64,000 nt of DNA from Bacteriovoracia bacterium. Its GTDB lineage: Bacteria; Bdellovibrionota; UBA1018; CAIPTA01. Positions 9,439 to 19,088 of the stretch are shown here, in pieces. The DNA lies in NCBI GenBank assembly GCA_050246755.1, contig JBFWVL010000001.1:1568001-1632000 (forward strand), given 5' to 3'. The notes under the pieces were generated by a model, which searched no databases, was not told where the DNA came from, and worked only from the letters and a program-made list of their open reading frames with translations. How positions within the stretch are numbered: position 1 is the first letter of the stretch; the number at the start of each line of letters is the position of its first letter. The position numbers were made by a program, and so were the translations under genes.

Positions 9439-10677
9439 ATGCTTGGTGAAATGCCATTTTTTCTCTTCAAGAATAGATCCAAAATAGTAGCCGTATCGAG
9501 CCTATTTTTCCTCTTATCGCTCAGCCTGCTTGCGGGTTGCGCGAAGGACAAAAACGACGAGCCGCCCACGCCGAAGGTGACGGAGCGGTCTTCCGTGCTC
9601 GCGGGTTCTCTCACCGAAAACGTGACTGCGATTCATAAAGAAGCGGCTTACCAGGATCCCTGCGAAGAACAGTTTCGGGACGCGCAGCTCGAAATAGCCA
9701 AAGTTTTGGATGCAAAGGCTTCCGAGATCACCGCGTTCACCAAAAAAAAATCGGAGAATACCGCCGCTTCGTACCGCCGGGTACGGCTTGGGTCCATCCA
9801 AGTTCGGGAACTCGTAAACCCGGTTTCTCCCAAGCCGGGCTGGCAGAGCTATCGTACTACTTGGAAGACGATACTCGAAGATTACCATGCCATTAAGGGT
9901 ACGCCCGTGAACGACTATTGGGTTCAGCTAAATGCCGATGTCCGAGGCATTTTGTTGGACGACGTGGATCGCGTGGTTCATTCGTATAATATTTACTTGG
10001 ACAAAGACTCCGGCCCAAAGATCGAGCGCATGGTGGCGGCGATTCAAAAGTGCGTTGATGTCCCGGGATGCGCGTCGATAGAGTGGCCGCCTGATGTTTC
10101 GGATTTTGTGATCCAGCAGCCGTATTACGGCTCGTATCATCGCGGCATTGAGAGAAAAGAAAGCTTGGTCGAAAAGCGCAAGATGATGCAAAGATTTTTG
10201 TCCTACGCACTCGGCGATCTAAAAAGTTACCGATTCGAGCCCACTCCAAAAATGCAAAGAGTGAGCACGGGTCGCTATTACCTCCAGGTAGACCCAGGGC
10301 CCCTGGAGGAAGTTTCCGATCAGCTCCGCGGATATATCGAGAGCGTATGGCGCTCTTCCCAAGAGCAGGTTTCCATCAAGTGGAAAGACGCGCGCAGCGC
10401 TTCGGATATCTACCGCATCGTTATCGGCGCCACCGTGGGCGACCGTGCCTTCGTAACGAGGAAAAATAAAACGATCACGCTATTTTCCGACGTGCGCGCG
10501 AAGTCCATCGCCCACGAGTTTGGCCACGTGATGGGATTCAACGATCGATATTTCACCATTTGGCACCCTGAGAGCTGCGAATATGTGGTTCAGTACAGCG
10601 CCGAAGATATCATGTCGGATCCTTCCACCGGCGTGGTGCTCCAGGAACACTGGGACGACCTGGCCCGTTACTACTGA
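9439..10677 (+). CDS. Lipoprotein with C-terminal zinc metalloprotease (metzincin-like) domain
   Basis: Lipobox LLAGC; HEFGHVMGFND zinc motif followed by a Met-turn (DIMS). Confidence 0.75.
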   Translation: MLGEMPFFLFKNRSKIVAVSSLFFLLSLSLLAGCAKDKNDEPPTPKVTERSSVLAGSLTENVTAIHKEAAYQDPCEEQFRDAQLEIAKVLDAKASEITAFTKKKSENTAASYRRVRLGSIQVRELVNPVSPKPGWQSYRTTWKTILEDYHAIKGTPVNDYWVQLNADVRGILLDDVDRVVHSYNIYLDKDSGPKIERMVAAIQKCVDVPGCASIEWPPDVSDFVIQQPYYGSYHRGIERKESLVEKRKMMQRFLSYALGDLKSYRFEPTPKMQRVSTGRYYLQVDPGPLEEVSDQLRGYIESVWRSSQEQVSIKWKDARSASDIYRIVIGATVGDRAFVTRKNKTITLFSDVRAKSIAHEFGHVMGFNDRYFTIWHPESCEYVVQYSAEDIMSDPSTGVVLQEHWDDLARYY

Positions 10678-10686
10678 AGAATCCCG

Positions 10687-10733
10687 AAAAAGAAAAAAGC
10701 GAGCCCCTCCCGGGAGCTCGCTTTTTTCTTTTT
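10687..10733. terminator. Bidirectional intrinsic terminator
   Basis: aaaaagaaaaaagcgagc-loop-gctcgcttttttcttttt between convergent genes. Confidence 0.85.
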
Positions 10734-10746
10734 CTATCCTAACCGA

Positions 10747-12321
10747 CTAGTCGATGTAGGGGCGGGCTTGTTTCAGGAAGACCGTGGGAACGCCATTGTC
10801 TTCCGAGTCCACTTTGAACTCCAGGTCGAGGGCGAAGTCCGCTTTGTCCGCGCCGAAGATCGGCTTGAAGTGAGCGTGGGCCTTCATCACTTGGTAGGCG
10901 AGGTCTTTGGCCTGTTCTACCGAGAGAATTTCCTTCGGATTGTCGTGATCGAGGATGGTCTCGTTGTCGTCGGCAATATTGGATTTCTGCAAGTAGCGCA
11001 CTTCGTACTGGGCTACGTTGAGGGGGTCGCGGTCGTTGAAGAGGATCAAAACCTTCTCGGGCTTGATTCCTGATTCAGGGTTCATCACGCTGAATTTATC
11101 GCCGCGCTGGGCTTCTACGTATACGCCCGGAGCGGTGAGATTAGGATCTTTCGAAACGTTTTTCGTCACCACTACGCCGCTGGCACCTTCATCGCTGAAG
11201 GAGGGATTCACTTGGATGCCCATTTTCACATCGCCATGAGGGATACGGAAGAAGGCTCTCTCTTCGTAGGCACGCAGGTTCCAAACCGAGGCCCATACTT
11301 TGCGCAGGGTTTCACTGAGGGCGGCCACTTTTTTCTCCCGCTTCTTCTCTTTGCCGTCTTTCGCAGGCTTATAAGAGTAAGAGTCGTAGAGGCCAGCGCC
11401 GTTGAAGTTCGGCAGGTCTTCCGAGTTGGTAGAGGAGCGCAGCTTCAGCTTACGGGGAACTCCGTCCTTCGTCACTTTCTTGTCGAAGAGCTCGATCAGG
11501 CGGTCGATCAAGGCCGGGCTGATCACGGCGGTTTCGGCCATCATCAGGTCTTGCAGGGCCTTGAGCTTCTCTTCACGGTAGCTCACCTTGGAAACGCGCT
11601 TCATGAGGGGATCGCGGAGGATTCCTTCGATAGAGGCTTTGATTTTTGGGTTACTGTCGATGAACTCTTGGTAGAAGTAGAAGGGGATACCGAAGCCCGT
11701 GCGCACCACGGTGCGATCCGCGGTATTAAGGGCTTTAGCGAGCTCGCCGCAGTTGGCGGCTTTCGATCCTACTTTGTCGGCATCGGCAGAGGAAAGATCT
11801 TCGGTGCGAATCACGTCGCGGGCACTCATGTCGGCCTTTAGCTTAACGTCTACGCCTTTTTTAGCTTGGTAGAACGCGGTGGCTTCGGCTTCGGTGGATT
11901 TCTCGAGAAGGATCTGCCCGTCTTTCGAAAGCACCATGCGAACCCAGTCTCCGTCTTTGAAGGGCTTCATCAGCGAGCTGCTGAGGCCGCCGTCGAGCTC
12001 GGAAATATCGAGGTTCGGGGTTCCGCGCGCGCGGGATTTCAGCTGAACGTGCGAGAGCAGGTTCTGCTGCTTGAGGGTGATCGATCCCGTTACCACGGCG
12101 AGATCCATGGGGAGCTCGGCGAAAACGGGCAAGGAGAGAGGGCTCAGGGCTTTGAACTTAGGAGACAGCTTCTGAACGTCGTCCACGGAAAGGTAAACGA
12201 GCTGTCCTTTCGCTTCACCCGGGTTCATCACGCGGGCGGCCGCGAAGGTTATATTGGGGATCAGGTTCAATAGGAGTGTAAGGGTAATCACTCTACGTAC
12301 GTTGCTTCCGATATTTTTCAT
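10747..12321 (-). CDS. Exported PEP/pyruvate-binding-domain dikinase-like protein (His-swivel plus ATP-grasp)
   Basis: Signal-like N-terminus; LLSHVQLKSRARGTP phospho-His motif; VGSKAAN, RSSTNSEDLPNFNGAGLYDS, VWASVWNLRAY and KQARP motifs. Confidence 0.8.
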   Translation of the reverse strand: MKNIGSNVRRVITLTLLLNLIPNITFAAARVMNPGEAKGQLVYLSVDDVQKLSPKFKALSPLSLPVFAELPMDLAVVTGSITLKQQNLLSHVQLKSRARGTPNLDISELDGGLSSSLMKPFKDGDWVRMVLSKDGQILLEKSTEAEATAFYQAKKGVDVKLKADMSARDVIRTEDLSSADADKVGSKAANCGELAKALNTADRTVVRTGFGIPFYFYQEFIDSNPKIKASIEGILRDPLMKRVSKVSYREEKLKALQDLMMAETAVISPALIDRLIELFDKKVTKDGVPRKLKLRSSTNSEDLPNFNGAGLYDSYSYKPAKDGKEKKREKKVAALSETLRKVWASVWNLRAYEERAFFRIPHGDVKMGIQVNPSFSDEGASGVVVTKNVSKDPNLTAPGVYVEAQRGDKFSVMNPESGIKPEKVLILFNDRDPLNVAQYEVRYLQKSNIADDNETILDHDNPKEILSVEQAKDLAYQVMKAHAHFKPIFGADKADFALDLEFKVDSEDNGVPTVFLKQARPYID

Positions 12322-12322
12322 A

Positions 12323-13705
12323 TTATTTCTTTCTCAGTTTTTCGATAACGTTGGAGGCGGTATTAAGCGCCGAACTTTTGATGGTGCTGTCCATGAAGTA
12401 AGACATCTTGGGTTCGATCGAAACCCATTGGTCGTACGTTGGGCGGAATGCTTCCGTGAGAGTAGCCGTGGAGGCATCCACGATATCTCCGAGAAGAGAG
12501 GCGGCGTCACCGGCGGTAGTGGCTTCCTTCTGGAAGTAAACCCAGTTGTCCTTGATCAAGAAACCTTCCACATAGATCGTGTTCACAACCGTTTCGGTGA
12601 TCTTGTTGCTAAGGGTCTTCACGGTGGCGGAAGAGATTCCGCTGATTTCTTTGTTCAATACTTTGGTGGTTTCCGCGAGCAACGCGAGGGTTAGTCCGCG
12701 TTTCTCGTAGGGAACCCGGGCGGTAGCGATATCAGAGCGCAGGTTGGCGGCAGCACGCGAGAGCTCGAGGAGTCCGTCGGTGAAGGTCGCCTTTTTGGCC
12801 ACTTTATCGGCCGCCGCTTTGATCTCGGGGTAGCCGAGTTTCTTGGCGGTATTACTGATTTTCCCTACGCTGATCCCAAAGTATTCCACGAGGATTCTGC
12901 GAAGCTCCGGGAAGTAGGAATCATTGCGGTAGCTGGGATAGCTTTTCAGGAACTGATCGAGCTGGCCGACCACTTCTTTGCTCAGCTGGTTATGGATATT
13001 ATTGCGGAGCTTATACATCTCCTGCAGCCCGCTTTGGTCCACGCCCCAGCCGCCGGCGTTATAGTAGTCGAAGGCCTGGGCGATCAGATCGCGAGCGCGT
13101 TCGAGCGAGGCCGAGGCTACGATCGGGCTTTTATTCACGAGGATGAAAGCCGGAAGATACTGGAAATCTTCCGTGATGGAGCTGAGGTAGAAATTGAAGA
13201 AATACTGAGCGAAGGTTTGTTCGTTCACCACGTCGCTGATCCCACGGTAGGCGAAGGCCATTCCCATCTGGGATTGCGGAAATTGGTTCAGGTACTGCTT
13301 TTCCAGCACCCATCCGCGCACCATGGCCGCCGCTTTCGGCATCGCCTTGGCACCCACGTCGGCCAGGCGCTTATGCTCGAGAGGGTGATTGCTCATCGGA
13401 TCTCCGAACACGTATTCACCCATGAGCTCGTAGTAGTTCGTGGTGAAGAGATTGCCCAAGTAGAACGTGTCTTGAGCGATCATGTCGCGGGCGATTTTGT
13501 TGCGGTAAGCGGCCTGGAACAAGGCGCCGCCGTCCACGTGGGTGCCATTTTTTACGGCCACACGCGAGCGGGCACCCTGGATATAGTTCAGCTCAAAGGG
13601 ACCTTTATTGGTCGAATTGATCTGGGCCCAGTTCTGTTTCAGGTTCGCCGCATGCGCCGTTAAGGCATAGGTGGCGAGAAAGAGCGTAATAAAGAAGTTT
13701 CTCAT
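12323..13705 (-). CDS. Exported hypothetical alpha-helical protein
   Basis: Signal peptide ending AHA; 460 aa; 1 nt from the downstream gene; host-like codon usage. Confidence 0.75.
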   Translation of the reverse strand: MRNFFITLFLATYALTAHAANLKQNWAQINSTNKGPFELNYIQGARSRVAVKNGTHVDGGALFQAAYRNKIARDMIAQDTFYLGNLFTTNYYELMGEYVFGDPMSNHPLEHKRLADVGAKAMPKAAAMVRGWVLEKQYLNQFPQSQMGMAFAYRGISDVVNEQTFAQYFFNFYLSSITEDFQYLPAFILVNKSPIVASASLERARDLIAQAFDYYNAGGWGVDQSGLQEMYKLRNNIHNQLSKEVVGQLDQFLKSYPSYRNDSYFPELRRILVEYFGISVGKISNTAKKLGYPEIKAAADKVAKKATFTDGLLELSRAAANLRSDIATARVPYEKRGLTLALLAETTKVLNKEISGISSATVKTLSNKITETVVNTIYVEGFLIKDNWVYFQKEATTAGDAASLLGDIVDASTATLTEAFRPTYDQWVSIEPKMSYFMDSTIKSSALNTASNVIEKLRKK

Positions 13706-13716
13706 GATTCAAATCC

Positions 13717-15546
13717 TCAGCGGGCTTGGTTAATGATCTGATTGGCTTCGCGGTCGAAAGCGTTTTCTCCGCAGGCTTCTTTATCTGAGAATGGTGCGCA
13801 GCCGCGGATACGTCCCATGAGGCGAACGATACGTTTGCTGAGCGCCGAGTTGCTGATCTCTTCGAGGCCCGAGGTGTCGCTGGGAAGATAGAGCTGGATC
13901 TTGTCGCGCTCATATTCCTGTTCGTAGAGCGGAAGCACGCCGTTCACTACCATGCGCGTCTTCATTCCACGCTTCTGGAAATCCAGGTACGAAGGAACCG
14001 AAACGCCAGGGTTGTTGAAAAGGTAAGTTCCGTCTTCCGTTACGGTGAATACGTTCTTCGCGCCGTAGAGAGTGGTGTAGAACTTCAGTTTTCCGCGTTC
14101 GGCGATGTCGAGATCTTTTCCCTCACGATTTGCGAGGCCGCTGGCGGCCTGCGTTCCGTAGGAGATAGAGTATTTCACGCCCATTACTTCGGGTTTGCCG
14201 TCGCCGTCGATGTCGTATACGTCGAAATCCTTAGGGTCTTGCATGAAGGTATATACTTGGGTGGCAACGCTGTTCTGCGAGGGCAGAATGGAGCGCATTT
14301 CCCAGGCGTGGCCCGAAGCGAGCCGCGAGCAACCGTGGGAAACTCCGCCGCGCATTACGGCCCAGAGAGTCTGGTGATTGGCAGGAATGTTCAATGCCGC
14401 GCGCACGGCTTTCGAAGTCCAGTTGCGCACGCCTGGATTGTGGAAGCCGTTTCCGATGCCTTCGTAGTCCATCTTGGGGATCCAAGCGTAGTAAGGCTCT
14501 TGGCGGATATTGTCGAAATCGGCGTAAGAGCGCGAGAGGAATTTCCAGAGACCGGTGGTGCCGAAGCTCGAAATCGAGTTTCCGAATTGATCGCGAGTTT
14601 TTTCCACTACGGTGCCGGTGGGATATATCGTGGTGAATTCAGTATAGGCAAGCAGGCAGCTGGCCGCGCTGGTGCACTGGATGAGATTTTCCCAGCGTCC
14701 GTTCACAAACTGACGCGTCTGGTATTTGTTGCCAGTGAGGGTCTTGAAGAGGTCGAGGGCGTTGAGTACGAACTCGTCCTCGTTGCCGTCAAGCTTCGCC
14801 ATTTCGGCTAGAGTTACGAGTTTGGCCATCACTTCGGGCGTAGGCTTGGCGATATAGTTCACGCGTCCCCATACGAGGCTATCGATCGCGATCACGGTCT
14901 GGCCGGGATTTTTCGCGAAGAAGGCCGTGGTATCGGCCTGATTGGCGAGCATGGCGCGGATCTGAGATTTCCATTTGCGGAATTCATTCGTGAGGTTTAG
15001 GCGGATAGTATAGATGCGGCCGGGGTTCAGCGCGGTGATGGTGGCCAAGCCCTTGGCGTAGATTTCTTCACGAGACGTTGCGCCTGAGTTCGCACGCTCT
15101 ACGAAGGGGAGGATGCCATAGGCATCGGACTCGATGATTTTGTTAAAATTGGAGAGCTGGGGTAGGAAGGCGGCGCTTTTTGAGTCGATCGCGGTGTTCA
15201 CGATCGTGGTGGCGCCCACGCGGCTCGTTACGTTCTTGTAAAACTTATAGCGTTTCACGAGATCGAAGAGGTAATCGCTCGCGGTTTGCTCATCAAGAAT
15301 CACGCTGATGCGGGTATTGTTTCCGCGCGCGAGGCGGATATGAATCCGGGAAGGGGTGCTCACGCGAGGAGCGAAGCCGGTATAGAAACTGGGATAGTAA
15401 CCGCCAATGGCGTTGTTACCGGCGGTCCAGGTGGTTCCCCACACTGGCAAAGAGGCGTTAAGATCGTCAATGGTGAAGGCGGCCTGAGCGTTGCTTAGCC
15501 AGCCAGCGGAGAGCGCGAGAGCGCCTACGAGCGATACGAATTTCAT
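13717..15546 (-). CDS. Exported protein with L,D-transpeptidase (YkuD)-like catalytic motif
   Basis: True start ATG 15546 after a GAGGT RBS; signal peptide ending AQA; GFHN...VSHGCSRL motif; DIDGDG Ca-binding loop. Confidence 0.65.
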   Translation of the reverse strand: MKFVSLVGALALSAGWLSNAQAAFTIDDLNASLPVWGTTWTAGNNAIGGYYPSFYTGFAPRVSTPSRIHIRLARGNNTRISVILDEQTASDYLFDLVKRYKFYKNVTSRVGATTIVNTAIDSKSAAFLPQLSNFNKIIESDAYGILPFVERANSGATSREEIYAKGLATITALNPGRIYTIRLNLTNEFRKWKSQIRAMLANQADTTAFFAKNPGQTVIAIDSLVWGRVNYIAKPTPEVMAKLVTLAEMAKLDGNEDEFVLNALDLFKTLTGNKYQTRQFVNGRWENLIQCTSAASCLLAYTEFTTIYPTGTVVEKTRDQFGNSISSFGTTGLWKFLSRSYADFDNIRQEPYYAWIPKMDYEGIGNGFHNPGVRNWTSKAVRAALNIPANHQTLWAVMRGGVSHGCSRLASGHAWEMRSILPSQNSVATQVYTFMQDPKDFDVYDIDGDGKPEVMGVKYSISYGTQAASGLANREGKDLDIAERGKLKFYTTLYGAKNVFTVTEDGTYLFNNPGVSVPSYLDFQKRGMKTRMVVNGVLPLYEQEYERDKIQLYLPSDTSGLEEISNSALSKRIVRLMGRIRGCAPFSDKEACGENAFDREANQIINQAR

Positions 15547-15891
15547 ATTTTTTACCTCAGTTGAAAGCGAAAAAAATCTCAGTTGGCCGGAACCTACCCG
15601 ACAACAACGCGCCAAGTCAATATGCTTTAACGCTGAGCGCAAATTATTTTCCACCGAGAAAAAGAGGCCTGCGCAAAGAGTGACCAAGTAACGCAGCAAG
15701 GTGAGGATGTAAGAGAAACGCGTGCATTGTAGGCTGGATTCCGCTTTCCGGGTACCGTTGCAAGCAAATGAAAGAAAAAAGCTTATAAAAACTACACACT
15801 TAGCTTGGTCAATGGGGCGCGGCACATTATCCTAAATAGACCACGCCATTGGTAATTCTATTCGTTTCAACGGTTCATGGAGGAGCTGTAA

Positions 15892-16836
15892 ATGAATGTA
15901 TCTCTCGTGTTTCTGTCCTTATTAGTCTTCGCTTCATGCGGCCAAACGACACCTGGACAAGCGCAGGTACCTGTCACTCCCGTGACCGATCCGAACTTCC
16001 TGGTGCTGGCCAACGGGACAGATTTGAGAACAATCAAAGTATCCGGCGCGGCTCTCTCCTTGGCGCGCGGAACGGGGAACAGTTTTGGGGCAAGCCAGCA
16101 GGCGCAGTATATGGCGCTGAAATCTCGTTCGAAGGCTGGGGATCCTAAGATTCAGTGGGTGCTCATGGACCTCGATAGCCACGTGATCGTGGACCAAAGT
16201 GCCAATACGGAAAAACGAATGTTTGGGGCTTCAGCCTCAAAAATTTTCGTGGCCGGAACTCTGTTGGATAAGCAGAGGGGGGAGCTTAGCTCCAAGCAAC
16301 TGCAGCTGATGTCGGACATGCTGGTGATTTCTTCCAATACAGCCTGGGTGGAATTGCAAAGCCAGATAGGCGACGGCAACTCAGACCGCGGCCGCGAGCT
16401 GAACTACCAGTTTACCCAACGGATGGGGTACAAAAATACCCGCGGTTTTCAGGGGAACTGGGGCTCTATGCATGGCAATGAGCTGTCCTCAGCCGACGTA
16501 GCCGAATTCCTCTACGATACCTACCAGGGCAATTATCCTGGGGCAGATACGATGTGGAAAATTATGCATACCTCGCGGACGGGAGCCGAGCGGGCAAAAA
16601 AATATATGCCGGCGGATCTGGTGCTGGGCGGAAAAACTGGAACCTATGCCGGAAGCACCGTGGATCCCGATACCGGGAGAGGGATCAAGGTAGACGTGGC
16701 CCACCAAGAGATCGTGTTTAATATGGGCGGGCGTCAATACGCGCTGGTGGTGCTTGCCGATACGGGCACGAACGAAACCGCCGCTTTATTGGCCGGTGGC
16801 TTATTGCGCGAATACACCACGTATCGCGGGAAATAA
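15892..16836 (+). CDS. Serine hydrolase lipoprotein, class A beta-lactamase/PBP-like fold
   Basis: Lipobox FASC; SxxK (SASK), SxN (SSN) and KTG motifs; GGAGG RBS. Confidence 0.82.
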   Translation: MNVSLVFLSLLVFASCGQTTPGQAQVPVTPVTDPNFLVLANGTDLRTIKVSGAALSLARGTGNSFGASQQAQYMALKSRSKAGDPKIQWVLMDLDSHVIVDQSANTEKRMFGASASKIFVAGTLLDKQRGELSSKQLQLMSDMLVISSNTAWVELQSQIGDGNSDRGRELNYQFTQRMGYKNTRGFQGNWGSMHGNELSSADVAEFLYDTYQGNYPGADTMWKIMHTSRTGAERAKKYMPADLVLGGKTGTYAGSTVDPDTGRGIKVDVAHQEIVFNMGGRQYALVVLADTGTNETAALLAGGLLREYTTYRGK

Positions 16837-16851
16837 ATTGAGTCCTGAGGG

Positions 16852-16881
16852 AGGCAGCTTGGAAACGGGCTGCCTTTTTTT
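16852..16881 (+). terminator. Intrinsic terminator
   Basis: aggcagc-loop-gctgcct followed by a T-run. Confidence 0.75.
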
Positions 16882-16891
16882 GCGCCTAAAA

Positions 16892-18487
16892 TTATAGGCG
16901 GGGAGAAGTTTTGAGCCGCATCTCTTCGAGATCCAGTTCCTGCACGAGGGCGTGAAAAATTTCGTCGTGTACTTCGCCCTTTTGGCGCATCTCATTTAAA
17001 GACTTTCTTTCGAGGGCAAGCGCTTCGTGCGTGAGGCGGCGCAGCTGTTGGTCGTCATCAATAAGACTAGAAAAAGGGGTAGGGTCGAGATTGGAGCGCA
17101 CCGTTTTTAGCCGGCGCTCGTATCTTTCTTGTAGCTGAATCAGGTGGGGCTTCATCGGCGTGGGCACCTGGCGCTTGCGGAAATGCTCCACCACGGCTTC
17201 GGTGGAACGAACGCGCGCCTTTGCTTCTTCTCTCTGGGGCCCGCCGTCGTCTTTCAGCCCAAAGAAGCGAATCATTAGGGGAAGCGTAGCCGCCGGAATT
17301 AGGAGGGTGGCGAGCACCACGCTGTAGGTGAGGAATATCAGCAAGTCGCGGTTGGGGAAGGGCGCTCCGTTCTCCAGGGTGATAGGGATAGCCAGCGCCG
17401 CCGCCAGCGAGACAATCCCCCGCATGCCGGTCCAACTCAGCAATACCACTACGCGCCAGGGAGGCGAAGGGTCTCGCTTGGCTACGCTGGAAATAAGGTA
17501 ACGCGGCAAATAGGTGGCCGGAAATACCCAGAGGATCCTCACTCCCATCACCACTGCTACGGTAACGGCCGCGTAGCCGAGCAAGGTGGCCGTGATGCCG
17601 CCGCTGAGATTGCTCAGGATGGTAGGAAGTTGAAGGCCGATCAGGGTGAAAATGAGGCCATTGATCACGAAAAGCACGAGCTCCCAGCTGGCGCGCGATT
17701 CAATTCTTGTTTTGGCCGAAGCCGCGCCGGAAGAAGGCAGCATGCGGCCGAAGTAGAGACCGCCCGCCACCGTGGCGAGCACTCCCGAAAAGCCTAGATG
17801 CTCGGCACCGAGGAAGCAGGCAAAGGCGGTGAGGAGCGACCACAGCGTTTCGGCGCGCGAATCCCGCAAGCGGAGGAGGATGGCATAGGCGCCGAAGCCG
17901 ATCGCCAGGCCAAAAATGATCCCCCCCGAGGCAATCCAGAAGAAGCTCGTTACCGCGCGGCCGGCGGAAAATTCTCCGGTGGCCACGGCCGCTAGGGCGA
18001 AACGGTAGCAAACGAGCGCGGTGGCATCATTTACCAGGCTTTCCCCCTCGAGCACGGCCACGAGCCGGCGGGGAATAGGAAAGTTTCGGATTAGCGCGGA
18101 AGCGGCCGAGGCATCGGGCGGTGAAACAATGGCGCCGAGCAGGAGCGCCTGGGTTAACGGAAGGCCGGGAATCAGCCAATGCAGCAGAAAGCCCAGCGAG
18201 AAAGTAGTGCACAGGACGAGGCCGATGGCGAGCAACGCAATCGGGCGCATATTGAATTTTAAGTCGTGCCAGGAGGTAAAATAGGCCGCCCCGAATAAAA
18301 TAGGAGGCAGGAAAACTTCAAAAATCAGCTCGGGATTGAGATCCAGATGGGGAAGATGAGGGACGAAGCTAAGCAGCAGGCTGCCGAGCAAGAGCAAAAC
18401 TTCCAGCGGAACATGCAGCTTGCGGGTAAGTGAAACGCCCAGCGTGGCGAAAATTAAAACGCAGATTGTGATTTCAACGGTATTCAA
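16892..18487 (-). CDS. Na+/H+ antiporter (CPA1, YjcE/NhaP type)
   Basis: FLPPILF, GAIVSPPD, EGESLVND and GMRGIVSLAAAL motifs; ends ELDLEE. Confidence 0.9.
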   Translation of the reverse strand: MNTVEITICVLIFATLGVSLTRKLHVPLEVLLLLGSLLLSFVPHLPHLDLNPELIFEVFLPPILFGAAYFTSWHDLKFNMRPIALLAIGLVLCTTFSLGFLLHWLIPGLPLTQALLLGAIVSPPDASAASALIRNFPIPRRLVAVLEGESLVNDATALVCYRFALAAVATGEFSAGRAVTSFFWIASGGIIFGLAIGFGAYAILLRLRDSRAETLWSLLTAFACFLGAEHLGFSGVLATVAGGLYFGRMLPSSGAASAKTRIESRASWELVLFVINGLIFTLIGLQLPTILSNLSGGITATLLGYAAVTVAVVMGVRILWVFPATYLPRYLISSVAKRDPSPPWRVVVLLSWTGMRGIVSLAAALAIPITLENGAPFPNRDLLIFLTYSVVLATLLIPAATLPLMIRFFGLKDDGGPQREEAKARVRSTEAVVEHFRKRQVPTPMKPHLIQLQERYERRLKTVRSNLDPTPFSSLIDDDQQLRRLTHEALALERKSLNEMRQKGEVHDEIFHALVQELDLEEMRLKTSPRL

Positions 18488-18532
18488 AAAAATCCCCGGA
18501 GCAAAGATAATCTAAGCCCCGGGGCGGATCAA

Positions 18533-18973
18533 TTATTTGCTGAGCTGCCCATCCATGGAGGCTTTGCCGCCGCCGCGAAGCATGAGGGCGATCGCGATAC
18601 CGATCGCCAGCAAATGGTATTCGAATCCTTCGCCAGATTGCTGGCCAGACCAGTTCATGAAGAATCCCACGTTTAGGTGAGCGGTAAGTACGGCCACCAC
18701 CATTACGGAGAAAATACCGAAAGCCGCCACCCGCGTGAGCAAGCCCACGATCAAGCCGAGCGCTCCGAGAAACTCCGCCGCGATCGCGAGCAGGGCAAAA
18801 AGCGCGGGAATATGCATCATTTCGGTGAAGAACTGCATGGTGGCCGAAAAGCCGTGGCCACCGAACCACCCAAGCGTTTTCTGCAAGCCGTGGGGAAGCA
18901 TTACGATTCCGAGGGTGAGGCGCAGGGCGAGTTGGGTGAAGCTTTGGTCGGTTCTGATTAGCTTATTCCACAT
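18533..18973 (-). CDS. DoxX family membrane protein
   Basis: LRLTLG.VM.PHG.QK, AEFLG and GEGFEYHLL motifs. Confidence 0.9.
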   Translation of the reverse strand: MWNKLIRTDQSFTQLALRLTLGIVMLPHGLQKTLGWFGGHGFSATMQFFTEMMHIPALFALLAIAAEFLGALGLIVGLLTRVAAFGIFSVMVVAVLTAHLNVGFFMNWSGQQSGEGFEYHLLAIGIAIALMLRGGGKASMDGQLSK

Positions 18974-19001
18974 GGGTTCTCCTAAAATTTATTTGCTGTT
19001 A

Positions 19002-19054
19002 TACTTACTTTAGAACAGTTACTTACTTATTAAAAGTAGGTACCGAAAGGTAAC
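19002..19054. promoter_or_regulatory. Probable HxlR operator in the divergent doxX/hxlR promoter region
   Basis: Imperfect dyad TACTTACTT-N5-AAGTAGGTA (19020-19042) and a direct repeat of TACTTACTT at 19002. Confidence 0.55.
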
Positions 19055-19088
19055 TATATCGACCCGTAGCGGTGATATAAGAGGACGC

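Noticed and set aside
10747-12321. Annotation as metabolic PEP synthase (ppsA) or PPDK
   Set aside because: Lacks the pyruvate-binding barrel, has a different domain order, and carries a signal-peptide-like N-terminus
15547-15825. 93-aa N-terminal extension of the 13717 gene; similar extensions on flgF, ruvA, the MBOAT gene, the BatE-like gene and the 62304 permease
   Set aside because: Internal starts have an RBS, ATGA coupling, signal peptides or family-typical N-termini
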